From Cytophagales bacterium (GTDB lineage Bacteria; Bacteroidota; Bacteroidia; Cytophagales; Thermoflexibacteraceae), in assembly GCA_038209965.1 (NCBI GenBank), contig JBBQXF010000003.1:25420-89419 (forward strand): 64,000 nt of DNA, read 5' to 3'. Shown here piece by piece: positions 39,380 to 49,284 of this stretch. Numbering within the stretch: the stretch's first letter is position 1; each line of letters starts with the position of its first letter. The translations under genes were made by a program, and so were the position numbers. Below the pieces are notes generated by a model. That model saw only the letters and a list, made by a program, of their open reading frames with translations, was not told the origin of the DNA and did not search any database.

Positions 39380-42300
39380 TTACTCTTTCACAAAGCGGTA
39401 CACGAGTTTTTCGGTGCCCAAGTCCACTGTCAATACATATACACCTTGGTTCAATGGGCCAATGTCCAGCCCTTTTTCCCAAAACTGTCCCCCTTTTTCT
39501 TGGCTGGACTGCCGGATGATTTTGCCGAACACATCAGTAATCTGGATTGAGATTTGGCCAGTAAAAGGATGGTTCAGCATCAGATTCAGCACCGATTTTG
39601 CCGGGTTGGGGAACCCGTGCAGGTAGCCAATTGGGGCTTGGGCCGATCCACCGCGCCGGAAATGCAGCACAAAACGGTTGGCTTCAAGGCCCCGGTTGGC
39701 TTGGAAAGGGTATTCGGCGGTGGTCAGATTGTGGAAAGCCCCGGTGGTTTTGTCCTCCAAATAAATGGCGGTGCCAGCGGCAAAAAACTTCATTTCGGCA
39801 ATGCGGAAGTACTGCTGGCCACTTCGCACCGCTTTGAAATAAACCGGCAAGCTAGTATTTTCAGTCAGCGGGGGCAGGGCGTTGTAGGCGGTGGGCCGTT
39901 CGCCGACCCGGGTGAGCAGGTCTGGGGCATCGGCCGAGTTATAAAACGGACGCAGGATGTCTTCCCGTTCGTCCCAACCATTGGTGGCCCGGGGCATAAA
40001 ATAGACCACTGTTTGATCGACGGTGCTGTTTCCCGCCTCGAATTTGACAATGCCCGAGCAACCAAGGTTTTCGGCTTCTTCGGGCCGGTAGAATTGGGGC
40101 TTCTGATAGGCAGTGGGCCGCACCGAGTTGTCAAAGCTTAGGTTGCCGCTGCTGCCCGGGGTGCGTGCCCGGACCAAAAAGCCTTGGCCCTGGGCCAGAT
40201 CTTTGCCGCCGTTGATGCCGATGCCCCCGGGGATATTGGCCGGGAAGTAGGCCCAAGCCCCCGAGAAGCGGCCCGTGGCGATCCGCCGCAGAATGGTCCG
40301 ATCCACGACCGTACTGTTGCTGCCCAAGTTATACACCGCGTCCCAATCGATGGGCGAGGGATACGGGTTGCCGATCAGGTTCCAGCCCGACTGGGGAGCG
40401 TTGCCCCGGGTGATTGGGCCCACGGAAAGGTTGCCGTTGGTCAGTATGCCTACTGATCGGAAGGTAAAACCCCCAGGAATGTTTACGCAATAACCCCGGC
40501 CCGTGACGTAGGGCTCGCCAGAGGTTATTCCCCGCCAACCCGCTTGGCCCGACGCGGGAGCGCCGCCCTCAAATACTTGGTTTTCTCCCTCTACATATCT
40601 AAAGGCATTGGGAAAATTGGCGATGGTGTAGCTGGGGTTTTGCCAAAAATAGGGGTCACCGGGATTATCGAAAATAATGCCTCCGCCCAAGACATCAGCC
40701 CCGATAGTCCCGCCCAAAACAGGCCGGGAAACATAGGTGTAGCCTTGTCCGGCAATCCTTTCGGGATAAGCCTCCACAAACCGCTGGACCAGCACTTGGC
40801 CATCAACCACATTGGTATTGCGGTTGATCACCATTGCAGTAAAATTTTGGGTAGAAAGCAGGGTAAGGTTGTCTTGGGTGATGAAATTGTTCTGTTCCAG
40901 ATCAAGCAAACGGCGAACCCGGATGTTGAAAGAGGTGGCGGCCACCAATGGATTGCCGGGATTCTGAACCAGCAAATAGTTGAAAGTCAACTGATTGTCC
41001 AAGAACTCGTGGTTGATATAATTCGATACGGACGGGGGAATGCCCACTGTGCAGTCATTCCGGGGGACAAACGTCACAGTAGCGGTGCCGTTGCCGGGGT
41101 CGAATTGGGTCGATTGGCCAGTGACGGCAAAATCCCGTCCCACCGTCAAGCGGCTATCGTTGCCCATGGTAAACCGGCAATTGTTCAGGTAGATGTTACA
41201 GGCCACTGCCGTGGTCAAACTGGCGGGCAAGGTGGCGGTCACCCGGTCGATCAAGATGTTTTGCGGAGTAGTGGGCACCGAAAAAGACAGCACCCCACCG
41301 CCGCTGCGCGACTGGGGTGTCCAACCGTTGGGGTCGTTCCAGGTGCCACCTTGGCGCAGCATCCGGCGCATTTCCACCGCCCCAATGTCGGGCACACAGG
41401 TGCGGTGAGCAACCAGATAATCCTGTTCATAGTCGTTAAAAGGGATCGGGTTGACCCCAAAGTCGCTGGGTAAACCGCCCCGATCCACGAGCGGGCTGTC
41501 CGGCAGGGGGACGTAGGGAGTGTCCTCGAGCGTGCCAATGGGGCTGTAGGGCGAGGCTGGGCCCAGCAACTGGGGGTCTTGGTTGAAAAGGCACCCGGCA
41601 TTGCAAACGGTGCCCGGTGGGCAGGCAGCGTCCTCGATCAAATTATGGTATAATTGGGCCCCCGATCCGACCAGTTGATAGCTGTTGAGCACGGCATTGG
41701 CCCGGTTGCCCCAAAACAAGGTGTTGATGGTTTGCAAACTGGTGTTGGACAGGTACAGCCCCCCGCCGGCACTGGCACCGGGTGCAGTGTTGTCCAAGAT
41801 CGAGCAATGGCGAAGTTCCAGCACGCCCAACTGGAAAGCGGAGCTGTTTAGGTAAGCCACTCCTCCACCAAACTGCGCGGTATTGTTGCTGAATATGGTG
41901 TTGATCAGGGAGACCTTCTTAGTACTGTTGGTGCCGGTTATGGCCATGCCACCGCCGTTGCGAATGGCGTGGTTGCCCTCGAACAGGCTAAAACCGAAGG
42001 GCGTTTCCCGGTCTTGGATGAACACGCCGCCACCGTCGCGCTGGGCGGTATTGTTCCGGTAAATGGCTCCAAAAAATATTGACATCTGCTCGATCAGGCC
42101 GTTGCTCACGTACATTCCGCCGCCATCTTCACTGGCTTGGTTATTTTCTACCAGCAGCCGGTTCAATCCCAACCCGGTGGCTGGCCCGGGAGTGGGCAGT
42201 GGCACCCTGCCCGTGGACAGGCGCGAGCCGGCATCATAATACACTCCGCCTCCCAAGCGGGCCCGGTTGCCCCGGATCACGCCATTGACCAACCCGATGG

Positions 42301-43042
42301 TGGAGAAGGTCTGGTAGATGGCCCCGCCCAAGCCGCCTTCGTTGCCCATCGGACCACCGCCAATCGCTTGGTTGTTCAAAAAGGTGCAATTGATCAAATT
42401 GACTTGGGGGCAACTTTGGGCAAAAAACCCGCCGCCGCCCGAAGTGGCCACGCAATTGGCAATGGTACAGTTGACCATGTCAAAGCTGGCATTGACGGCA
42501 AAGACGCCGCCTCCCCAGTAAAGATTGAAAATGGGCAAGATGGGATCGGGCCCCGGAACCCGGTTTTCATTGCCATCCCTGACTTCCACTTGATCCAACA
42601 GGGTGGTGGTAATCCCGTTATTGAGGGTGTTGCGAATATCGATCACCGTATAATTGTTGTCGCTGTTGTTGCCGGGGATGCCCAAATCCCCGCTGAGAAT
42701 AGTGGGCCCCAAAGCACCGCTCCGCTGGAACAGGTAGTTTTCGGTACCGCCAAAGCCCCCATAGATCATGGTTCCGTTGACGATAAAAAATGACAGGCTG
42801 CGGTTATTGGAGGTTCGGTAAGTCCCACCGGCCATGAATAGGCTGTCACCAACTTGGGCATTGCCAAGGGCAACCTCCAAGCTGTTATAAGCACCAGCCC
42901 AAGTAGCTCCGCCGCCGCCGACTGGCGCAGCGGCATTGACAAAAACGGTGCGCTGGGCAAGGCTCACCGACAGCCCAAAAACCAATAAAAAACAGCAAAA
43001 GAGAAAAACCTTTGCCAGTACGTGAGATAAAGTAAATATCAT
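39380..43042 (-). CDS. Giant (1220 aa) secreted right-handed beta-helix (pectate-lyase-fold) repeat protein with a T9SS C-terminal sorting domain.
   Basis: Signal MIFTLSHVLAKVFLFCCFLLVFGLSVSLAQ. Many NxxG/beta-helix repeats (…GGGMAITG…IFSNNTAQFGGGV…). C-terminal …GVYVLTVDLGTEKLVYRFVKE, typical of Por/T9SS CTD. Confidence 0.8.
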   Translation of the reverse strand: MIFTLSHVLAKVFLFCCFLLVFGLSVSLAQRTVFVNAAAPVGGGGATWAGAYNSLEVALGNAQVGDSLFMAGGTYRTSNNRSLSFFIVNGTMIYGGFGGTENYLFQRSGALGPTILSGDLGIPGNNSDNNYTVIDIRNTLNNGITTTLLDQVEVRDGNENRVPGPDPILPIFNLYWGGGVFAVNASFDMVNCTIANCVATSGGGGFFAQSCPQVNLINCTFLNNQAIGGGPMGNEGGLGGAIYQTFSTIGLVNGVIRGNRARLGGGVYYDAGSRLSTGRVPLPTPGPATGLGLNRLLVENNQASEDGGGMYVSNGLIEQMSIFFGAIYRNNTAQRDGGGVFIQDRETPFGFSLFEGNHAIRNGGGMAITGTNSTKKVSLINTIFSNNTAQFGGGVAYLNSSAFQLGVLELRHCSILDNTAPGASAGGGLYLSNTSLQTINTLFWGNRANAVLNSYQLVGSGAQLYHNLIEDAACPPGTVCNAGCLFNQDPQLLGPASPYSPIGTLEDTPYVPLPDSPLVDRGGLPSDFGVNPIPFNDYEQDYLVAHRTCVPDIGAVEMRRMLRQGGTWNDPNGWTPQSRSGGGVLSFSVPTTPQNILIDRVTATLPASLTTAVACNIYLNNCRFTMGNDSRLTVGRDFAVTGQSTQFDPGNGTATVTFVPRNDCTVGIPPSVSNYINHEFLDNQLTFNYLLVQNPGNPLVAATSFNIRVRRLLDLEQNNFITQDNLTLLSTQNFTAMVINRNTNVVDGQVLVQRFVEAYPERIAGQGYTYVSRPVLGGTIGADVLGGGIIFDNPGDPYFWQNPSYTIANFPNAFRYVEGENQVFEGGAPASGQAGWRGITSGEPYVTGRGYCVNIPGGFTFRSVGILTNGNLSVGPITRGNAPQSGWNLIGNPYPSPIDWDAVYNLGSNSTVVDRTILRRIATGRFSGAWAYFPANIPGGIGINGGKDLAQGQGFLVRARTPGSSGNLSFDNSVRPTAYQKPQFYRPEEAENLGCSGIVKFEAGNSTVDQTVVYFMPRATNGWDEREDILRPFYNSADAPDLLTRVGERPTAYNALPPLTENTSLPVYFKAVRSGQQYFRIAEMKFFAAGTAIYLEDKTTGAFHNLTTAEYPFQANRGLEANRFVLHFRRGGSAQAPIGYLHGFPNPAKSVLNLMLNHPFTGQISIQITDVFGKIIRQSSQEKGGQFWEKGLDIGPLNQGVYVLTVDLGTEKLVYRFVKE

Positions 43043-43227
43043 CTTTTAATGAGGTTAGTGATCAATGTATGCGTAGTATTTCAAGTGCAGTAATTGATTA
43101 AGCCTGAATTGTTTACAAAGCATCCTTAAATTTGGGCCAAACAAAGATAAGCACAAAGTGAGCAATCGGAAAACTTGAGAAAAATTTTCCGATTACTCGT
43201 TTTTGTGTCCTTGTGAGTAGTGATATT

Positions 43228-45666
43228 TTATTCGCTTTTCAACACCAGCTTGCCCTTTTTGGATTGCTCGATCTCGGCCCGATCGGTCAGTTCGGGGCGG
43301 GCCACTCCTTGGGCAAAAGCTTGGCCCTGATCACCGTAGTGGGGCGAGCGGAAATAGCCCGATTGCCCAGTGGGGTTGATGCTGGTGGCTTTTTCGGGTT
43401 GGCCAAAATCGATGATCCGCCGCAGGGCCGGGCCATAGGTAACGCCGTAATACCCAGTGGAATCCAGCTTGAAATCGAGGTTGTTGAGGGTTTCGCGGCC
43501 CCCGGGCACGGCAAACGGGCCCACGTTGAAGAATTGGCCCACCAAAGGCAAAGTGCCCAGTGGGTGCTTATGGGTGAGGGTGTGGACCCGCTGCCACTGC
43601 CATTGTGCCTGATCTTGGCCCAACTGAGCGCCCAAATCGGCCACGGCTTGGTCAAATGCCCGGGCCAAAATAACAGTGCGCGTTTCTTTTTCCGGGGTTT
43701 TTTGGTTGTCCCACCACGGCGAAGCCTCATTGCGCAGCAGTGTGTTCAGGTTGCGCTTGAGTGAGTGGTTGCTGGTAAAAGACTGAAAACCAGCTATCCC
43801 CAGTTCATCGCTCATCAGGCTTTGGCAAGTCCGGTACAAAAACTTGTAGTAAATCGTTGGCGCAGTATCGGTCAGTCCGTGCGATCCGTCCCACTGTTGC
43901 AAAGTGGCCAAGGCGGCTTGGTTGCTTGTCCCCTTGCCAATGGTCGGGGCCAAGATCGGGAGCAGATCGCGCAGCAAATCCCGGGTATTGGTATTGGTTT
44001 GGTCGTTGATCACTTGGCCCATTTTGGCGGCGGTCCAGTCGGTGCGATCGTTGTAGAGCAACTCCACAATGCGTTTGGCCCGATCACCGGGCACGTAGTA
44101 GCCGGGCACCAGGCCGCCCGCCCGTTTGTCGGGTTGGTTGTTGGCCGAGTAAATCACCCCGTTCGCGGGGTTCAGGATCTGGGGATTGTCGCGGAAATCA
44201 TGCCAGCCCAGCACTTCGTCCAGCCCCGAAGCCCCATCCAATAGCAGGGACGGATCCACGTGCGGGGGACGTTTGGGCAGTTTGGCAGCGGCCCACCAGG
44301 CGATGTTGCCCGCCGTGTCCGCCCACATGATGTTGAGGCCGGGCGCGTGGAGCAAACTCACCGCCTTGGCCGCTTCTGCCGCGTTGCGGGCGTGGGCCAG
44401 ATCGTAAAATACTTGACCGGAGCGGCTCGGGAACTGGAACAAAGTCCACCACAAGGCCACGGGCGCGTTGAACGGTTTCATCCCTTTGCCCACGTCTTCC
44501 AGCAGCACCCCGTGGCGCGATTTGCGCACCACCAATTTCACATCTGGGGCATCCTTTACCTTGATCACTTCCGCCCGCAGTTGCAGATCTTCCCAGTGGT
44601 CTTGGTACCAGACTTGGTTGGGGTTTTGCGGGTTAAGTTTTTCGCGGTAAAAATCCACATCATCGTTCTCAAACATGGTCAGGCCCCAGCCCCCGTGTGC
44701 ATTGTGGCCCAACACCGCGACCGGAACCCCGCCAATAAAATTGCCATAGAAGCTAAAGCCGGGACATACCAAGTGAGCTTCGTAAAATACCGACGGTTGG
44801 CTAAAGGCAATGTGGGTGTCATTGCTCAAGATCGGCTTGCCCGACGCGGTTTTGCGCCCGCTGATCACCCAGCCATTGGAGCCGTGAAAGGGCTTGACCG
44901 GGAAGAGCGATTGCTCCCAAGTGCGCAGTTGGTTGCCGAGGGCCAGCAGGTTTTCGGCGGCCACGTCCGGTTTGTGGTGGGCCAGCCCGGGCGGTAGACT
45001 GTCCACCGGGATCTTGGGTTGGCCCGCTGGCCAGTTGGCCCCCAAGTCTTTGAGATAAGCAGCCCCATATTTTTCCTTGATCAAAGTGAGCACTGGCTCG
45101 GCGTTAAAGGCTTCGGCAAAACTGAATGCCATGTAGCCCGAGATCATTTCGGCATCTTCCACCGTGTATTCAGTGGGGGCAATGCCCAAAATGTCGAATT
45201 CTACGGGCAGTTTTCCCGCGTTGATGTAGGCATTCACGCCCTTGACATAAGCGTACATGGCCCGCGCATGAGGGGCATCGGGTGTTTTGGCATACACGGA
45301 GTCGATCGTGAGGCGGGCATATTGCCGAAAGCCCAAGGTGCGAAAAAACTTGTCCACCTCCAAGGTGCGGTCACCAAACACTTCCGAGAGCCGGCCATCG
45401 GCCAAACGGCGGGCCGCTTCCATCTGGAACAGCCGATCTTGGGCGTGGACATAGCCTAGGGCGTAGTAAACGTCCGGCTCATTTTGGCCATAAATGTGGG
45501 GGATGCCATATTGATCATACAGCACCTCCACCTCGGCCCGCAAACCTGGCAATTTGACCTCGGCAGTGTAGTCCACTTGTTTGGATTCCAAGAAAAAGTA
45601 ACCACCAACAACCGCCAACAATATCAGCAGTATTAAGGCATAAAAAAATACTTTCAGAAAGCGCAT
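43228..45666 (-). CDS. Penicillin acylase / N-acyl-homoserine-lactone acylase family (Ntn hydrolase).
   Basis: …YDQYGIPHIYGQNEPDVYYALGYVHAQDRLFQME…; …GSNGWVISGRKTASGKPILSNDTHI… (nucleophile Ser after GSNxW). Start taken at MRFLKVFF. Confidence 0.85.
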   Translation of the reverse strand: MRFLKVFFYALILLILLAVVGGYFFLESKQVDYTAEVKLPGLRAEVEVLYDQYGIPHIYGQNEPDVYYALGYVHAQDRLFQMEAARRLADGRLSEVFGDRTLEVDKFFRTLGFRQYARLTIDSVYAKTPDAPHARAMYAYVKGVNAYINAGKLPVEFDILGIAPTEYTVEDAEMISGYMAFSFAEAFNAEPVLTLIKEKYGAAYLKDLGANWPAGQPKIPVDSLPPGLAHHKPDVAAENLLALGNQLRTWEQSLFPVKPFHGSNGWVISGRKTASGKPILSNDTHIAFSQPSVFYEAHLVCPGFSFYGNFIGGVPVAVLGHNAHGGWGLTMFENDDVDFYREKLNPQNPNQVWYQDHWEDLQLRAEVIKVKDAPDVKLVVRKSRHGVLLEDVGKGMKPFNAPVALWWTLFQFPSRSGQVFYDLAHARNAAEAAKAVSLLHAPGLNIMWADTAGNIAWWAAAKLPKRPPHVDPSLLLDGASGLDEVLGWHDFRDNPQILNPANGVIYSANNQPDKRAGGLVPGYYVPGDRAKRIVELLYNDRTDWTAAKMGQVINDQTNTNTRDLLRDLLPILAPTIGKGTSNQAALATLQQWDGSHGLTDTAPTIYYKFLYRTCQSLMSDELGIAGFQSFTSNHSLKRNLNTLLRNEASPWWDNQKTPEKETRTVILARAFDQAVADLGAQLGQDQAQWQWQRVHTLTHKHPLGTLPLVGQFFNVGPFAVPGGRETLNNLDFKLDSTGYYGVTYGPALRRIIDFGQPEKATSINPTGQSGYFRSPHYGDQGQAFAQGVARPELTDRAEIEQSKKGKLVLKSE

Positions 45667-46236
45667 AAGATTGAAGCAGGTGTTGCGTAGAAAAGTGGCC
45701 AAAAATAGTGTAGAATGGGGAACTATCACCGCTGGGCACTGAAAACGGGTGAGGGCGAGGATTGGTCGGAAAAACGGGCGCAGTTGGCAGTAAGCCGCCA
45801 AACTGGGATTGAGGCGGTGGCCAGTTGCTTGGCCCCACAAATAGCGATCGGTAGCAGAGCTTACACAAACCATTTAAAATCCCGGGGTGAATTACTATCG
45901 TTGATCATGGCAGTTAAGTGCCGGTACATCAAACGGCTATTTTTAGTTGTCCACCTGTTTTGGCCACAACCAAAAGCTCGAGGGAATGCGATGATGATGG
46001 ACAAATAGCCAATTCCAGCGCCAAACCCGGAAAGGACGGCATCCAATCGGCATTTTTTTGGTATCGCGACTACCTTATTGGCTATCATGGTGATGGCCGT
46101 CCAGACTTTTTTGGGTGACCCAAGCGATGACCACAAATATTGGCCAAGGCTCAATCCAGCGCATTATTTTTGGCTTTTTTCTTACCTTTAGGGGCAAACT
46201 CGCATCTCATCGGGTAATGCCCTTAATCATAAAGCC

Positions 46237-48414
46237 ATGAACCAGTTACCACGTCGCGATTTTCTCAAAATTTCGGGCCTCACCGGGGCCGCTCTGGCCC
46301 TTGGGATCTATCCGCACGCCAAGGCGGAGGTGGTCAAACTGGCCGGTTTGACCGAAGCGGCCAGTTTTGAAATTGGGCCGTTCATCATCATCGAAAAAAC
46401 GGGTAAAATCACGCTGGTGAACCCCCGGCCCGATATGGGGCAGGGTACGCGGCAATCGATCCCCATGCTGGTGGCCGAGGAGCTGGAAGTTGGGATGGAC
46501 ATGGTCGAGGTGATTGCCTCCAATGGTGATGCCCGCTTCGGCCAGCAGCTCGCGGGCGGGAGTGGCTCGGTGAGTGCCTCGTGGGTGCCCATGCGCAAGG
46601 CTGGCGCAGCCGCGCGCGAGATGCTGATCCAGGCCGCTGCCAACCAGTGGAAGGTGCTGCCCGCAGATTGCTACGCCGAAAATGGCCGGGTCCACAACCG
46701 GAAAAACCAGGCCGCCCTTGGCTACGGCGAACTGGTGGAAGCTGCCACCAAACTGGAAGTGCCCAAAGAACCCAAACTAAAAGACAGCCAAACCTATAAA
46801 CTGATCGGGAAAAGCATCCCGCGCCAAGACATATTGCGCAAGGTTGACGGCAGCGAACAGTTTGGGATGGATGCCAAAGTGCCGGGCATGGTGTATGCCA
46901 CCGTGGCCATGAACCCCGCGATCTGGGGCAAAGTGGCCACAATCGACGACCGCCGCACCAAGGCCGTGGCCGGTGTGAAACAAGTGGTGAAAGTGGCCCG
47001 GCCCGTGTTCAACCAGACGGCCGAAGGGGTGGCCGTGGTGGCTGATTCTTACTACGCCGCTACCCTGGGCCGCAAAGCCCTCCGGGTCACTTGGGAAAAG
47101 ACCGATCACGAGCAGTTCAACAACACCGAATATTTCAAGCGGATGCACGAACTGGCCAAAAATGAAGGCCCCACTTTCGAGGTGCACGGCGATGCCCCGT
47201 CAGCGCTCAAAACAGCCGCCAAAACCTTGACCGCCGCCTACGAAACACCGTATGCCGCCCATGCCGCCATGGAACCCGAAACGGCGATTGCCCACGTGAA
47301 AGACGATGGCACTTGCGAAATTTGGGCCCCGGTCCAAAGTCCCGACGCTGGCTGGGGCGGCGCACGCGGCGAAGTGGCCAAAGCCCTCGGCATCGCTGCC
47401 GACAAAGTAAAAGTCCACGTGCTCATGATGGGCGGCGCCTTTGGCCGGAAAGCTTTTTACGATTTTGTGATCCAGGCCGCCCTGATTTCCCGCGAGGTAA
47501 AAGCCCCGGTCAAACTGATCTGGACCCGGGAGGACGATGTGACCCAAGGCCCGTTCCGCCCGGCCATGCTCAATGTGCTGCGCGGCGGGCTGGACAAAAA
47601 CAACAAGCCCGTGGCCTTTTACCACACCATTGTTGGCGGCTCCATCCAGCACCAATGGGGCGGCTTGAAGGCCAACACCGCCGACGATTGGTCGGGCGAA
47701 GCGGTGGAGCGGGGAAGCAGCCCCTACGACATCCCCAACTTCCGGCTGGATTATCACCACGCCGAAACCACCGTGCCACTGCTGTGGTGGCGGGCGGTCT
47801 ATTCGTCCACCAATGCGTTTGGGCACGAGAGTTTTATCGATGAAATGGCCCACGCCGCCGGCAAGGATCCGCTGGATTTCCGGCGGGAGCTGTTGGCCAC
47901 GGCCAAGGGCGAAGTGGCTGATCGGTTCCGCGAAGTGCTCAAAACAGTGGCCGAAAAAACCAACTGGGCCGAAAAGTTGCCCGCTGGCAAAGCCAAGGGA
48001 ATGGCGATCATCCGCAGTTTTAACACCATCTGCGCCCAAGTGGTGTATGTGGCCAAGCAAGCCGACAATAGCATAAAAATCGAGAAAGTGGTGAGCGTGA
48101 TCGACTGTGGCATCGCGATCAACCCGGACAATGTGCGCGCCCAAACCGAGGGCAACATCGTTTACGGGTTGTCGGCGGCAGTCAAAGATCCGATCACCTT
48201 TGTGAATGGCCAAACCCAGCAGAGCAATTTCAACAATTACCGGGTGCTGCGCATCCAGGAGTCGCCGGTGATGGAAGTCCACGTGATGGTCAACAACCAC
48301 GCGCCCTCGGGGGTGGGCGAACCGGGCCTACCACCCGTGGCCCCGGCGCTGGCCAATGCCATTTTTGCCCTCAACGGCCAGCGGCTGAGGACGTTGCCGC
48401 TGTCACTGGGGTAA
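46237..48414 (+). CDS. Xanthine dehydrogenase/aldehyde oxidase-family molybdopterin-binding large subunit (IorB-like), Tat-exported.
   Basis: Tat signal MNQLPRRDFLKISGLTGAALALG. MoCo-binding dehydrogenase motifs throughout. No adjacent 2Fe-2S small-subunit gene. Confidence 0.85.
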   Translation: MNQLPRRDFLKISGLTGAALALGIYPHAKAEVVKLAGLTEAASFEIGPFIIIEKTGKITLVNPRPDMGQGTRQSIPMLVAEELEVGMDMVEVIASNGDARFGQQLAGGSGSVSASWVPMRKAGAAAREMLIQAAANQWKVLPADCYAENGRVHNRKNQAALGYGELVEAATKLEVPKEPKLKDSQTYKLIGKSIPRQDILRKVDGSEQFGMDAKVPGMVYATVAMNPAIWGKVATIDDRRTKAVAGVKQVVKVARPVFNQTAEGVAVVADSYYAATLGRKALRVTWEKTDHEQFNNTEYFKRMHELAKNEGPTFEVHGDAPSALKTAAKTLTAAYETPYAAHAAMEPETAIAHVKDDGTCEIWAPVQSPDAGWGGARGEVAKALGIAADKVKVHVLMMGGAFGRKAFYDFVIQAALISREVKAPVKLIWTREDDVTQGPFRPAMLNVLRGGLDKNNKPVAFYHTIVGGSIQHQWGGLKANTADDWSGEAVERGSSPYDIPNFRLDYHHAETTVPLLWWRAVYSSTNAFGHESFIDEMAHAAGKDPLDFRRELLATAKGEVADRFREVLKTVAEKTNWAEKLPAGKAKGMAIIRSFNTICAQVVYVAKQADNSIKIEKVVSVIDCGIAINPDNVRAQTEGNIVYGLSAAVKDPITFVNGQTQQSNFNNYRVLRIQESPVMEVHVMVNNHAPSGVGEPGLPPVAPALANAIFALNGQRLRTLPLSLG

Positions 48415-48689
48415 AGCGGATTAGGTAAAAACTGCTTATTCCGTGGCGGGGCAGCCGCACCCGCCAACGTGTAAGTTGGTCTGCGCGAACCGAAGCTGAA
48501 CGGTCCGCCGTCGCAATGGCATGGCGTGGATTGGCCGATTTAGCAGAAAAGTAGATGCACAAAGGAACGCCTTGTCTAGGTGGCAAGTAAGCGCAAGACG
48601 CGCTCTTACGAAGACCAGGAAGGCAATACGCGCCATGTTACAGAAGTGGTGGCGGATGGTGTAGTGCTATTGGATAAAAAAGAAAATAT

Positions 48690-49176
48690 TTGAAAAAATA
48701 TTCGTTTTTGTTTATTTTTTCAAAATTAACTGTTAAGTTCGCAAAGTCAAAACGAAATAAAATTGGGTATGCAAATTTTTCCGTTATTTTACAAGGAAGA
48801 AGGCAAGAAAATAGGCGTGTAATGCTTTCACAAGTGCTTTTAGACACATTGAGAGATTATTACAGGGCCTATAAACCCAAAGATTGGCTGTTTGAAGGAC
48901 AAAGTTACGATTGTTGTAGCACAAGGAGTGGGCAGAAAATATTTCAGGTTGCCAAAGAAAAAACAGGCATTTTGAAAGAGGTAAGCTTCCATGCACTGCG
49001 ACACAGTTTCGCGACGCACCTGCACGAGGCAGGGACTGACGTCCGGATCATTCAAGAACTTTTTTGGGCATAACAGTTCTAAAACTACCGAACGATACAC
49101 GCACGTGAGCAATAGAACTATCCAAAGGGTGCAAAGCCCCTTGGATAGTCTGCTGAACCCGAAAAATGCGAACTAA
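48690..49176 (+). pseudogene. Tyrosine recombinase/integrase remnant: C-terminal catalytic domain only, with a frameshift near 49060.
   Basis: …FHALRHSFATHLHEAGTDVRIIQELF in frame 0, then HNSSKTTERYTHVSN in another frame (the canonical HxxR…LLGHxxxxTTxxYTHV box). There is no N-terminal domain. Confidence 0.65.
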
Positions 49177-49284
49177 AGTTCGGGTAAGTAATGGTGATGG
49201 GCTATTTTATCAGACCATATAGAACTCAAAAAAGTGAGCTTACAATTAATGTAAATCGACAAAAATATATACCTTCGCTGACAA

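Noticed and set aside
40544-42793. Plus-strand ORFs (309 aa, 218 aa) inside the T9SS giant gene.
   Set aside because: Antisense overlaps. Gly/Ala-rich. The minus-strand product has signal peptide, beta-helix repeats and a T9SS CTD.
47200-48300. 366-aa minus-strand ORF within the IorB-like gene.
   Set aside because: Antisense to a molybdopterin dehydrogenase gene with a Tat signal. No motifs.
48420-48690. Possible tRNA/tmRNA or group II intron fragment next to the integrase remnant.
   Set aside because: I could not find a cloverleaf with a T-loop GTTCGA-like motif, a GUGYG intron 5' end, or a domain-V-like hairpin. Retained only as a structured spacer worth a covariance-model scan.
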